DNA from: Felis catus
Lineage: Eukaryota
Direction of reading: 5' to 3'
Length of the DNA stretch: 64,000 nt
NCBI RefSeq assembly: GCF_018350175.1
Contig: NC_058373.1
Coordinates: 102,240,001-102,304,000, forward strand
Each line of letters begins with the position of its first letter. The first letter of the stretch is position 1. The notes under the pieces are model-generated. The model was given only the letters and a program-made list of their open reading frames with translations, had not been told where the DNA came from and did not search any database. Of the stretch, positions 30,244-42,263 are shown piece after piece. The position numbers and the translations under genes are program-made.

Positions 30244-33188
30244 GAAAAAAGAAAAAAAAGAACTACAGGCTAATATCCCTTAAGAACAGAGATGCAAAAA
30301 TCTTCAACAAAATATTAGCAACCCAAATCCAACAATACATTAAAAAAATAATTCACTGAGATCAAGTGAGATTTATTCCTGGGTTATGAGTGAGGGTGGT
30401 TCAACATTCACAAATCAATCAAAGTGATACATCACATCAATAAGAGAAAGGACAAGAACCAAATGATCATTTCAATAGATGCAAAGAAAGCATTTGAAAG
30501 TACAACATCCATTCATGATTAGAAACCCTCAACAAATTGGTTTAAAGGGAACACACCTCAACATAATAAAGGCTATATATGAAAAGCCCAGAGCTAACAT
30601 CATCCTCAGTGGGGGAAAACTGAGAACCTTTCCCCTAATGTCAGGAACAAGACAAAGATGTCCACTCTTAACACTTTTATTCAACATAGTACTGGAAGTC
30701 GTCGCTATAGTAATCAGACAACAAAAAGAAATAAAAGGCATCCAAATCAGTAAGGAAGAAGTGAAACGTTCACTATTGCAGATGACATGACACTATATAT
30801 AGAAAACCTGAAAGACTCCACCAAAAAACTGCTAGAGCTGAAAAATTCAGTAAAGTCACAGGATACAAAATCAATGTACAGAAATCTGTTGCATTTCTAT
30901 ATACCAATAATGAAGCAGCAGGAAAAGAAATTAAGAAAATAATCCCATTTACAATTACACCAAAAATAAGATATCTAGAAATAAACCTAATCAAAGAGGT
31001 GAAAGACCTGTACTCTGAAAACTATAAAACACTGATAAAAGAAACTGAAGATGACACAAAGAAATGGAAAGACACTCCATGCTCATGGATTGGAAAAACA
31101 AATATTGTTAAAATGTCTATACTACCCAAAGCAATCTACACATTTAATGTAATCCCTATCAGAATACCAACAGGGTTTTTCACAGAGCTAGGACAGAGTC
31201 TGAAAATTTGTATAGACCACAAAAAACCCTGAATAGCCAAAGGAAACTTGAAAAAGCAAAACAAAGGTGAAGGCATCACAATTCTGGACTTCAAGTTGTA
31301 TTACAAAACCATAGTAATGAAAAGAGTATGGTGCTAGTATAAAAATAGACACATAGATCAATGGAACAGAATAGAAAGCCCAGAAAAGAACCCATAACAT
31401 GTGGTAAATTAACCTTCGACAAAGCAGGAAAGAATATCCAATGGGAAAAAAGAATATCTCTTCATCAAATGGTTCTGGGAAAACCGGACAGCAACATGCA
31501 AAAGAATGAAACTGGACCACTTTCCTAAGCCAATACCAAAATGAACTCAAAATGTACTAAGACATAAATGTAAGACCTCAAACCATAAAAATTATGGAAG
31601 AGAACACTGGCAGTAACTTCTTTGACATCGACCACAGCAACTTCTTTCTGGATATGTCTTCTGAGGCAATGGAAACAAAAGCAAAAATAAAGTATTGGAA
31701 CAACATCAAAATAAAAAGCTTCTGCACAGCCAAGGAAACGATCAACAAAACTAAAAGGCAACCTACACAATGGGAGAAGATATCTGCATATGACATTATC
31801 TGATAAAGAGCTAGTATATAAAATATATAAAGAATTTGTAAAACTCAATGCTCCAAAAAACAAATAATCCAATTAAAAAATGGGCAGAAGGTAAGAGTAG
31901 TTTTCCAAAGAAGACATACAGACAGCTAACAGACACATGAAAAGATGCTCATCATCACTTATCAGGGAAATGCAAATCAAAATTATAACGTGATATCACC
32001 TCACACCTGTCAGTGTCCAGAATGTTAACCATTACACCATGGAACGCCACTCACCTCACACCTGTCAGAATGGCTAAAATAAAAAACACAAGAAACAACA
32101 GGTGTTGGCGAGGATATGGAGAAAAAGGAACCCTTTTGTACTGTTGGTGGGAATGCAAACCAGTGCAGCCACTCTGGAAAACAATATGGAATTTCCTCAA
32201 AAAGTTAAAAATAGAACTACCCTATGATCCAGCAATCACACTACTGAGTATTTATTCAAAGAATACAAAAACACTTCAAAGGGATACATATACCCTGATG
32301 TTTACAGCTGCATTACTTATATTAGCCAAGATATGGAAACAGCCTAAGTGTCCATCAACTGATAAATGTATAAAGAAGATGCTTTACATATCACAGTGGA
32401 ATATTATTCAGCTATAAAAAGGCATAAATCTTGCCATGTTGTAACAACATGGATGGAGCTAGACAGTATAATGCTAACTGGTATATAACAAATATCATAT
32501 GATTTCACTCATGTGGAATTTAAGAAACAAATGAGCAAAGGGAAAGAGAGAGAGAGATAACCCAAGAAACAGACTTTAACTATAGAGAACAAACTGATGG
32601 TTACCAGAGAGGAGGTAGGTGGGGGAATGGGTGAAATAAGGGATGGCAATTAAGGAGTGCACTTGTCCTGATCACCACAGGGAGATTTAAAAAACCTGGG
32701 AGGGGTGCCTGCGTGGCTCAGTCGGTTGAGCGTTCACCTCAGGTCATGATCTCACGATTTATGAGATCAAACCGCGCATCCAGCTCTGCAACTGACAGCA
32801 CGGAGCCTGCTTGGGATTTTCTCTCTCTCTCCCTCTCTCTCCCTGCCCCTCCCCCACTCACTCTTTCTCTCCCAAAATAAAAAATAAACATTTTTAAAAC
32901 CTTGGCGGGCGCCTGGGTGGCTCAGTCGGTTAAGCGTCCGACTTCAGCTCAGGTCACGATCTCGCGGTCCATGAGTTCGAGCCCCGCGTCGGGCTCTGGG
33001 CTGATGGCTCAGAGCCTGGAGCCTGCTTCCGATTCTGTGTCTCCCTCTCTCTCTGCCCCTCCCCCATTCATGCTCTGTCTCTCTCTGTCTCAAAAATAAA
33101 TAAACGTTAATTTAAAAAAAAGTTATTAAAAAAAAAACCTTGGGAAAAACTAAATAAAAATAATAAATAAATAAATATATAAATAAAT
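29964..33188 (+). mobile_element. 5'-truncated, degenerate carnivore L1 (ORF2 RT region to 3' UTR and A-rich tail) inserted in a MIR
   Basis: ORF2 remnants ([54 protein letters not shown]); TSD aaaatggRgaYaaaaatt at 29946-29963 and 33189-33206. Confidence 0.92.
32014..32050 (-). pseudogene. Tailless 5'-half tRNA-Gln(CTG) retropseudogene inside an L1
   Basis: Minus strand GTGGCGTTCCATGGTGTAATGGTTAACATTCTGGACA versus tRNA-Gln GGTTCCATGGTGTAATGGTTAGCACTCTGGACT; flanked by a perfect 18-bp repeat tcacctcacacctgtcag (31996-32013 and 32051-32068). Confidence 0.85.
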
Positions 33189-33299
33189 AAAATGGGGACA
33201 AAAATTCTTGCCCCCAAATATATATGTAAAGCACTAAGCATAGTACACAGCACATTATAAGTGCTTAATGAATATTAGCTTATTACTCCTAACATTATT

Positions 33300-34565
33300 T
33301 TTTGATACACACATATGTTGTGAAATGATTACCACAGTAAAATTAGTTCACATATTCATAACCTCACACATTACTATTTTTTGTGTGTGTGGTGAGAACA
33401 TTTAAGAATACTCTCTTAGCAACCATCAAATATGTAATATAGTATTTTTAACAATAGTCATCATGACATACATTAAATGCCCAGAACTTATTCATCTTGT
33501 AACTAAAAGTTTTTACCCTTTGACCAACATCTCCCCATTTTCTCCCACACCCCTAGACTCTGGTAACCATCATTCTACTCAGTTTCTATGAGTTCTTTTA
33601 GATTCCATATATAAGTAAGATCATATGGTATTTGTTCATCTCTGCTTGGCTTCCTTCACTTAGCATAATACCCTGAAGGTCCATCCATGTTGTTGAAATG
33701 GCAGGATTTCCTTCTTTCTCACAGCTGAATATTTCCGGGTGTGTGTGTGTGACATTTTTTTAATCCATTCTTCCATCAACAGACACTTAGGTTGTTTCCA
33801 TGTCTTGACTGTTGTGAACAATGCTGCAATAAACATGGGAATGCAGATATCTCTTCAAGATAGTGATTTCATTTCCTACCCAGAAAGTAGGATTGCTGAA
33901 TCATATGGTCATTCTATTTTTAATTTCTTGAGGAACCTCCATATTGTTTTCCATAATGGCTGTACCAATTTACATTCCAACCAACAATACACAAAGCGTT
34001 CCTTTGTTTGCATCCTTGCCCACACTTATCTCTTGTCCTTTTGATGATAGCCATTCTAACAGGTGTGAAGTGATGCCCCATTGTGGTATGGACCTGCTTT
34101 TCCCTGATAATTAGTGATGCTGGGTGCCTTTTCAGGTACCTGTTGGTCAGATGTCTTCTTTGGAAAACTGTCTGGTTCAGGTCCTTTGCCCATTCTTTAA
34201 ATAGGGTTATTTGGGTTTTTTTGTTGTTGTTTGTTTTTGTTATTGTTGTTTGCTATAGAGTTCTATGAGATCCTTATATATTTTGAAGACTAACCTCTTA
34301 TCAGATACATAGTTTACAAATATTTTCTCTCATTTTGTAGGGTGTTTTTTCATTTACTGATTATTTCTTTTGCTATGCAGCTTGCTAGTTTGATGTAGTC
34401 CCACTTGTTTATTTTTGCTTTTGTTGCTTGCACTGTGGAGTCTTATCCAAAAAAACATTGCCATAACCAATGTGAAGGAGCTTTTCCCTTGTTTCCTTCT
34501 AGGAATTTTGTTTTGCGGTCTTACAATTAAGTCTTTAATCCATTTTGAGTTGATTTTTGTGAGTA
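33300..34565 (-). mobile_element. Old L1 3' end (L1MA-like), antisense, just upstream of the LGALS3 promoter
   Basis: Typical antisense L1 3' UTR / ORF2-end sequence (ttgaggaacctccatattgttttccataatggctgtaccaatttacattcc). Confidence 0.85.
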
Positions 34566-35499
34566 GATATCAGAACTTTAAAAACTTAATCTTAGGCATC
34601 CTTAACCATTTCACTCAGCTATTATTCAGTGAAATGATACCAAATAAATACCTTTTCTCTTGCAAGAATCACTATTTGTTGTAAGAAGTTTTCTTAGAGT
34701 GGTAGCTTTATCCTATTCCTGCCTCTACCAAAGACTTTTGTGTTTAAACTGTTCCTCCTTCACGGGCGCCTGGGTGGCACAGTCGGTTAAGCAGCTGACT
34801 TTGACACAGGTCTTGATGTCAAGGTTCATGGACTCAAGCCCCACTTCAGGCTCTGTGCTGACAGCTCAGAGCCTGGAGCCTGCTTGGGATTCTCTGTCTC
34901 CCTCTCTCTCTGCCCCTCCCCCACCAATTCTTCTTCTGTCTCTCTCTCTCTCAAAAATGAGTAAACATTAAAAAAAATTTTTTTTTTCCTCCTTCATCAG
35001 GACCCTGCCCAACCTTTGGGGAAACAAAGACTTTCTAGGAAGGTATTCATTATTTCATTCATTCATGAAAAAAAATATTTAGGGAGAACTTATTACACAC
35101 CAAACACTGGGTAAGATGTGGGGAGCAAACAAGCAAAAGTAATTTAGGTCCGTCAGAGCGAGGTGGCACCCACATCACAGTTCAGAAAGTGAATGAATGC
35201 AGGGCCAAGAACCGGGACCTCCGCCCGCGGCCCTCCCTCCCTCCCTCCCACCTATCTCACCCAGCACCTCAGAAAACTTGCCAGCGCCCTCCCAGGGACA
35301 CGAGTCACCGTGCACTTCTAGGAAAGGCTTTGATACTGAGAGAGGGTTTAGGGAAAATAAATGCAGAGAGGAGGAGAGTGTCCGCAATTCAGGCAGCAAA
35401 TAAGCAAACAAGGGTAAAACAAGCCAGCAAGCAAAGCGTTAAGTAAGCATACTCTGAAAGCTTCGCAGACTCTGTCTTGGTCTGAGGAGTGACCAGGTG

Positions 35500-36470
35500 A
35501 ATCTGGAGACAGGGCGGTGAACGTGGCCACAATTCCAGGTCTCGAGGGGGCGGGCGCAGGAGACCGACTGGAGGCTGCGGGGCTGGGGGTCTCTCCAGGT
35601 CAGGCGCCACTGCGGCGCCGGGTGTGCGGTGGGGAAGTGCCCGGCCCCACGGCGGGGAGAGGCCCGGGTGTGTGTGGGTGGAGGTCCCGCCCCGGGAGAG
35701 GCGGGCCGGCCGGGACTATTTGAGGCGCGGAGCCACCGCCCCGCCAGGGATCGTACCAGGTCGCTTGAAGTTGCCCCCCGCAGCAAGCTAACTAGGGAGC
35801 GCTGGGCTGTGGGGTGAGTGGCGGGGGCGCCTGGGGACGGGGGACGGGGACGGGGACGGGGACGGAGCCTGCTGACGGCCCCGACGGGGCAGGGGCGAGA
35901 GCGCCTGCGCGGGGGTCGGGGGTCGGGAGCCGGGGGCCGCGGGTGGGCGCGGAGAGGCGGAGGGCCGCGGGCGGAGCTGGGGGAGCCGTCCTGGGCAGAG
36001 GCCGTAGCCTGCGAGCCCTGGAGGGAGCGGTGTGCGACTCCGGGAAAGTTAGCGGCGCTTTGCACACACTCACGCACTTTGCTGGGCTGGCCCTGGGTGT
36101 GTCGGCGGGCCCTGGGTGTGTCCGCGGACCACCCGCCGGGGCGCAGGTCACCCTCCGCAGAGACTGTGAGGCTCGACCACGGCGTCCCGCCCTCCCGCCG
36201 CGCGCCCAGGTTCCAGTTCGGGGTTAGGAAGCCGGTCCCCCTTCGCAGGAGGTGGGGAGCCTGCCCAGGGACTCTGGAGGCGGCTTCTGCGCCCCAGGAC
36301 TGGGCTGCGCGGCCGCTGCATCTGGCTGTGGGACGCTGGGGCTCTTCTAGCAGGCCTGGCGGCGGCAGGGGCTGCAGCGGCTCTTGGGGTGCTGATCCCT
36401 CAGAAAATGGTGATGCCCCGGGGCCTGAGTGGGCATGTGCCCGGCTTGGCGAAGACCGCACGTCCTAAGC
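35500..36470 (+). promoter_or_regulatory. LGALS3: CpG island / GC-box promoter of LGALS3
   Basis: Very high GC and CpG density against a CpG-depleted background; Sp1-type GC boxes (cccgcccc at ~35686 and ~35736); lies upstream of LGALS3 coding exon 2. Confidence 0.9.
35715..35813 (+). other. LGALS3: LGALS3 non-coding exon 1 (start approximate)
   Basis: TATTTGAGGCGCGGAGCCACCGCCCCGCC resembles the human LGALS3 mRNA 5' end as I recall it; consensus donor GG|GTGAGT with GT at 35814. Confidence 0.7.
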
Positions 36471-39400
36471 TTTTGCAAATCGGTGACTCATCCCTGCCCA
36501 GATTGGCTAACTTGTGCATTAACATCCCGGATCTGTGCTGAGGACGTGTAGGGTGTGGCAGAATGGTAGCCCAAAAGTGCAGAGCTCCAGCTGGGGGCAG
36601 CTCTTAAGACATGTATGAAGATGTATTCTGAATTATCAGTTCCTTACATAAAAACACTAAAATGTGTCCATTCTGAGGAGTAGGACCTTAATGCCAGAGA
36701 GTCACATAGGGGACACGTAAGGTGAGACCCCCTCCCCCCCCCCCTTCAAGTTAGTGATTGCTAGCCCAGATACTGTGGAATGTTTGTAAAGTTACTCCTG
36801 GGAGTTGGGTCTCTGGACAGTAAGGACAGGTGAACCGCAGTGACCCAATCTGTTTCTCGGATTCTGGGAAAGGAATGGAAAAAGTTCATCTGTGTTCTTT
36901 GGAAGATTGGAACTGCTTCCTAAATTCATAATGTTTGGGGGTTACACTTAGAATCAGCATGTTCTGGGGAAAAGTTTGGTGATGGTTTTTGAATGTTTTG
37001 AACTTAAAAGTGTTAGACGAATGCCTCACCACGTTACTTAAGTAGCAGAAGAGGGGGCAGTCTGCCTGATAGACTGACCCCCAAAGCTAGCTTTTTTTCA
37101 ATGGAATAGGCAAGTCTCACTCTGTTCAGAGGTCTTTAATCAATATTTCACTATGCTACAAATATACATAAGTGCTTTACTTATTTATTTTTTTAATGTT
37201 TTACTTTTGAGAGAGAGAGAGAGCAAGTAGGGGAAGGACAGAGAGAGGGAGACACCGAATCTGAAGCAGGCTTCAGGCTCTGAGCTGTTGGCACAAAGCC
37301 CAACATGGGGCTCTAACTCATGAACCATGAAATCCGGAACCATGAGATCATGACCTGAGCCCCAAGAGGTGCTTTAATATAAAGACTCTGTGCTGTCAGC
37401 TCAGAGCCTGATGTGGGGCTCGAACTCAGGAACTATGAGATCATGACCTGAGCTGAAGTCAGATGCTTAACCGGCTGAGCCAGCCAGGTGCCCCTAGACT
37501 CTAAATCTTAACTGCAACAGAGACTTATATTCATATGTTATAACTTGAGTATCTCATGTTGACCTTAAATAAGATTGGCTTATAAAGTTAATGTATCCAA
37601 GACTCATGGTAACTTATCTAAACCATAGCGTCTCTTTCCTGTGATAGTTTGGGAAACAGGCTCCTCCTGAGGACAGCTGAGTTAACATTTGGTATCTAGT
37701 TCCTGAACTGGTTCTTCTCATTAAATTCTGAGTGGTAAGCCTGCCAGAACAGTGCTTGCTATAAACTTCCAATTTCCTGCTGACTAAGTATCATGTGTTC
37801 TCTCTTGATTGATGTTCAGCTTTTCCATAGGGGGAAAAATCAGTAACTGAGAGGCGCAAGGTAACTTTACCTTCCTTGATGCTGAGGAACTATGATAAGA
37901 AGGAAATCCTAGTAAAGGACCGGTTTCCTTTATTCCAACTCAGCATCACCGAATTTGGCCTTGGAAAGTGGATTTTCCTCAAGCCCTGCTCCATGTTTCG
38001 GCAACTGCCTCCTGTATTCTTCGGAGAGGAGTGTGGGCAGTGCCTTGGGGTTCTGAGGAAATACATTCATGATCCACTTCTCTTTCAGCTCGTATAAAGG
38101 TCAAGGCCCTTTGTGAGCAGAAATTTCAGAAGTGCTCCCAGGAACCCTGACTACTGGACTAATTGCTAGGTGGGCCTAGAATAGCATAGTACAGTAGATA
38201 GCCACTCTTTATTAGAGGGTAAAGTACAATTAACAGCCAATTAAAATGGTCTGCATTATGACTCATGTTTAAATTCCTTATTCCAAAGCAACACTGAACT
38301 ACTTCCTGTAGGTTTTTCCAAATATGAAGACCCAGGTAGTATTTCCTCAGTGTTTTGTTTTGTCTTTGATATAGTTTCTTTTCTGGAGCTTCTAAATTCT
38401 CTGATTCTGGGAATGGCAGGATAGAGTTCATATATCTATAGCATCTGTAGGGTGAGAAGTTTTGTTTTTTTTTTTTCATTTAATTATCTCTTTATATAAA
38501 CAATCCATCTAAAAACAAAGAAAGAAAGAATTTTTCCAGGCAAGTAAGAAGACTTTTATCTAAATAGTTTTTTTTTTTTTTAAGTTCTATGGTTGCTAGA
38601 TTTCAAAAAAGCATTGGTTATAAACTTTTTCAAAAAAGAGATCTGATGGTTGAGAATTAAGATAGCAAAACAGTGCATACCCAGTTTTTGGAAAAGTACA
38701 CTTTATTGGTTTAAATATGGTTATAATTAGTAAAATGACTGTGCAAAATGGCATCGTTGTATTCAGTATTGGATACAGTGAGTGTTGGAGCTCACTGAAT
38801 GAGTCACCCAGCTTTTTCTGACAAAAACATGATCGTTTTAAATTTGTTTATAATTTCAACATGTTATGTAGTTCTGAGTGAATAAGCCAGAGAATTAATT
38901 TCTAAGTGAAGTAATAAACACTTTTTAAGGACTATATTTTAAAATTTCAAAGAGTGAAGATTTTGTATTAGTATAAAATGAGTTTGAATTAAGAGTGAGG
39001 GTCCTTGGACCCTTGGTTGTTGGCCTGCCAAGGACGGAATGACTTTGGGCCACCATATTAGCTTTCTAAGCCTCTGTTTCCTCACCTCTAGAGTGGGAAC
39101 ATTAACCTTCCCCTGAAAATCTTATAAGATTATTATCAGAATGAAAATAGGAAAGGTATGGGAAAGTGCTTCATAAACCAAAGAGTACCACACTAATGCA
39201 GGATTTCATTATTCTAATGGGCTTGTCTAATGTGTCACAACACAATCCAAACTGTCACCCAAGGCTTTATGTGAAACACAGTGGAAAGAAATTGAAATCC
39301 GCTTTGTTTCTCAAATTGTTTTGGTTGGAGCTGGAAATAAGCGGAATATGCTCCAGCAGAGACTTTAGGAAGAAATGTTAAATTTTGGAAATGCTGTCTT

Positions 39401-39834
39401 TTTTTTTGGAAATGCTGTCTTTAGTTTCTGGTTTTAATCAGCCTTTAAACACATCTTAGTTTGATAGGTGTTATATTAATAAGATACTTTATAAGGCCAA
39501 TGGTACAGATTTAGCTAGTTTTTTTTTTTTTTTAAGTTTATTTATTTGTTTTTAGAGAGAGAGCAAGTGCGAGCAGGAGAGGGTCAGAGAGAGAGGGAGA
39601 GAGAGAATCTTAAGCAGGCCCCAGGTTGACTGTCAGCACAGAGCCAGACGTGGGCTCCATCCCACAAACCAGGAGATCGTGACCTGAGCCGAGATCAAGA
39701 ATCAGACGCTTAGCTGACTGAACCACCCAGGCACCCCCAGATTTAGCTGGTTTTAACTATTGAAAATAACTTTTTGGCTTTTATTGACCTGTATATCTAC
39801 ATTTCTGGAGGGATATACACACTAATCAGCTTAA

Positions 39835-40062
39835 AGTGTTTACTCAACCAGGCACAATTTTGCCCTCCCTCCCCTGCCCCCAGGATATTTGGTAATGTCT
39901 GAAGACATTTCTGGTTGTCACAATGGGGAGGGGGGGTATTGTGCTACTGACATCTTGTATATTGAAGCCAAGAATGCTGTTCTACATCCTGTAATGTTCA
40001 GGGCAGCTCTGACTCTGACAGTGTATCTGACCTGAAACGTTAGTGGTGCTGAGACTGTGAAA
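39835..40062. mobile_element. MER20-like hAT element in LGALS3 intron 1
   Basis: caattttgccc...ggatatttggtaatgtctgaagacatttctggttgtcacaa...tgctactgacatc resembles the MER20 consensus. Confidence 0.75.
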
Positions 40063-40338
40063 AAGCCTTTACCGAATGGGGATATTTAAGAGAAGTCAAC
40101 AATATGTATAAAGTTATAAATCTGGGTCTTTGGCATGTTGCCTAAGTGGTTGAGCCCCACTTTGGGTGTAGAGAGTCCTAAAAATAAAATCTTTAGGGGC
40201 GTCTGGGTGACTCGGTCAGTAAACGTCCGACTTCAGCTCAGGTCATGATCTCACGGTCTGAGTTCGAGCCCTCTGTGCTGTAGCTCAGAGCCTGGAGCCT
40301 GCTTTGGATTCTGTGTCTCCCTCTCTGTGCCCTGCTCG

Positions 40339-40384
<46 letters not shown>

Positions 40385-42245
40385 AAACATTAAAAAATAA
40401 AAATAAATAAGAAAAATTAAAAATAAGAGACATCCTTTTTTCCCCCTTTTCTGTAATAACTCTTCTCTCAAGTTCCTCTTGCGGTGGCAGCACACTTTTC
40501 TAAGCAGTGGTAGCCTTTTAAGGAAGGAACACCAGCAGAGGAGCACCTGACTTCTGCTTTAAAAGATCAAATGCTACAAGAAACACATGAATATAAGCCC
40601 TGGGAGCGTCACTGTGACTTCCTAGCCAAACTGCCAGCAGTTTTCCGCTTTAGAAGATGGACACGGTGATATGCTTAAACTGCTTCCAAATATGTTTGAG
40701 AATGCCGAGATTACAAAGGAGATGTGCAGAAAAAATTAGTAGGAGGTAACATTTAACTGGGTATAAGTAACAGCAGAGTTTGATAAGGTATCTGGTTTGT
40801 ATAAATGAAGGACATTAAGTCCTAAGAGGGGCTCTGCCTTTTTTTTTTTTTTAACCAAAAAGTGTAATATTTTACAATTTTAGGACATATCAATTAGGAT
40901 CTCTTGGGGTAATGTCATTTCTTAAAATAATTTAGTAAATCTCACAAGTGAGCAACTCAAGGAAAAAGAGAGTCTGATTGTTTAAGGGCCAGGTCACTTT
41001 GGCAGGTGATCCTGATCCGAGAAAACTCACCCAGGCCTCAGGAGTCCCAGGTTGTCGTCCTCCCCTCACTGCCAGAGCACCTGCAGCAGGGATAGGTGTG
41101 AAATATCTTCTATGGTTAGAGCCATGGCTCAGGGAGAGGAGCAGGAGAAAGCAGGAGTGATATGTCAAGGCCTCCCCTGGAGTCAGCTTTGGGCAAAGCC
41201 AACTCTGTGTGGTATCATCCTACCCAAAAATATTTTCCTCCACATTGTCTGACTCTCCTCTCATCTCCTCTCCTTTTTTTTTTTTTTTCTTCACACCCTT
41301 GTTTGTTATACTGCTGGAGTTTCATTTGGAATAAAAAAATATCTTGAAATAAAAAAAGGGAGAAAGGGGGAAGAAAAGAGGCATCTTGTGCCTGCCTTTC
41401 ATTTTCATTGCTCCACATCTGATCTCACCTCTCCTTTAAGGCTTAGCTCAAACAATACCACCTCTTCCCCTCTTAGAAGTAATAGTTCTAGTTGAGATGC
41501 CCCATCACACAGTCTGGCTCACAGTATTGATCCGTTGTGATCCCTGCTAGCCTGTGAGCCCTTTGACCATACAGATCTTGGCCTATCCATCTTCAAACCC
41601 AGACAAGAGCCCACACAGTGCCTGACCCAGAGCAGGCATAAATATGTGCCATTGGAGGAATAAATGATTGGCAGTAGCTACACATAGGGGCACTGATTTT
41701 CAAATCTCAGTAGAAATCAGTCAACTCTGCTTTCCTCCTAAAACCCAGAAGATGGCATGGGGGCTGATCTTGGGACCAGGAAGGGAGGTGGGTGATTACC
41801 CTTTGTAAGAGGCTGAACCCTTTGTAAGAGGTGGTGGAAAAAGCTCCCAGGAAGGAAGGTGTGGAGGATCACTGATGAACCAGGACTGTTTGTGTTTTTA
41901 CCAAAGAAAGGGGCAGAACATTTTCTTCCTTGTTCTTCTCTCTCCTGTCTTGTAGGCCCCAGGATTCAGAACACAGGCTAGTATGATTAGAGTTTAAAGT
42001 TATTAATTAAATAGGGCTTGGTAATCTAGCTGGAGTGCATCCCTGCCCTTTGATGAGCTGTTTTGGTAGTTCCAACACCACTGATTTAGGCGTATCTAGG
42101 GAATAAACTGGCTGGGGAGTAAAATGCCTGCCTATAGATTGTCTAGAACTGCCCAATGAACTATTTGTGATGTTGTGTTGATACGGAAACTGGTCAAATC
42201 TAGGATCAAATGATAACCTATCTTTTTTTTCCTCCTTTCAGGAAA

Positions 42246-42263
42246 ATGGCAGACAGTTTTTCA
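42246..42263 (+). CDS. LGALS3: Galectin-3 exon 2, coding part (MADSFS); exon starts at 42242
   Basis: Polypyrimidine tract, then tttcag|GAAAATGGCAGACAGTTTTTCA|gtaagt; strong Kozak context (A at -3, G at +4). Confidence 0.97.

Larger units (their letters stand above)
1918..30260. repeat. Microsatellites: (CA)n 1918-1960 and 7153-7194; (TG)n 14384-14420; (CTTC)n 22561-22610 and 29719-29786; (GA)n 26803-26855; (TA)n 28689-28711; (GAAA)n/(GAAAA)n 30180-30260
   Basis: Directly visible simple tandem repeats. Confidence 0.95.

Noticed and set aside
30479..32417. L1 ORF2 fragments as an active reverse transcriptase gene
   Set aside because: Multiple stops, frameshifts and insertions; 5'-truncated with no ORF1 or promoter.
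35439..36468. Long ORFs of 340 aa (-), 216 aa (+) and others over the promoter
   Set aside because: Low-complexity Pro/Arg/Gly/Ala translations on both strands are expected in a stop-poor CpG island; no recognisable domain.
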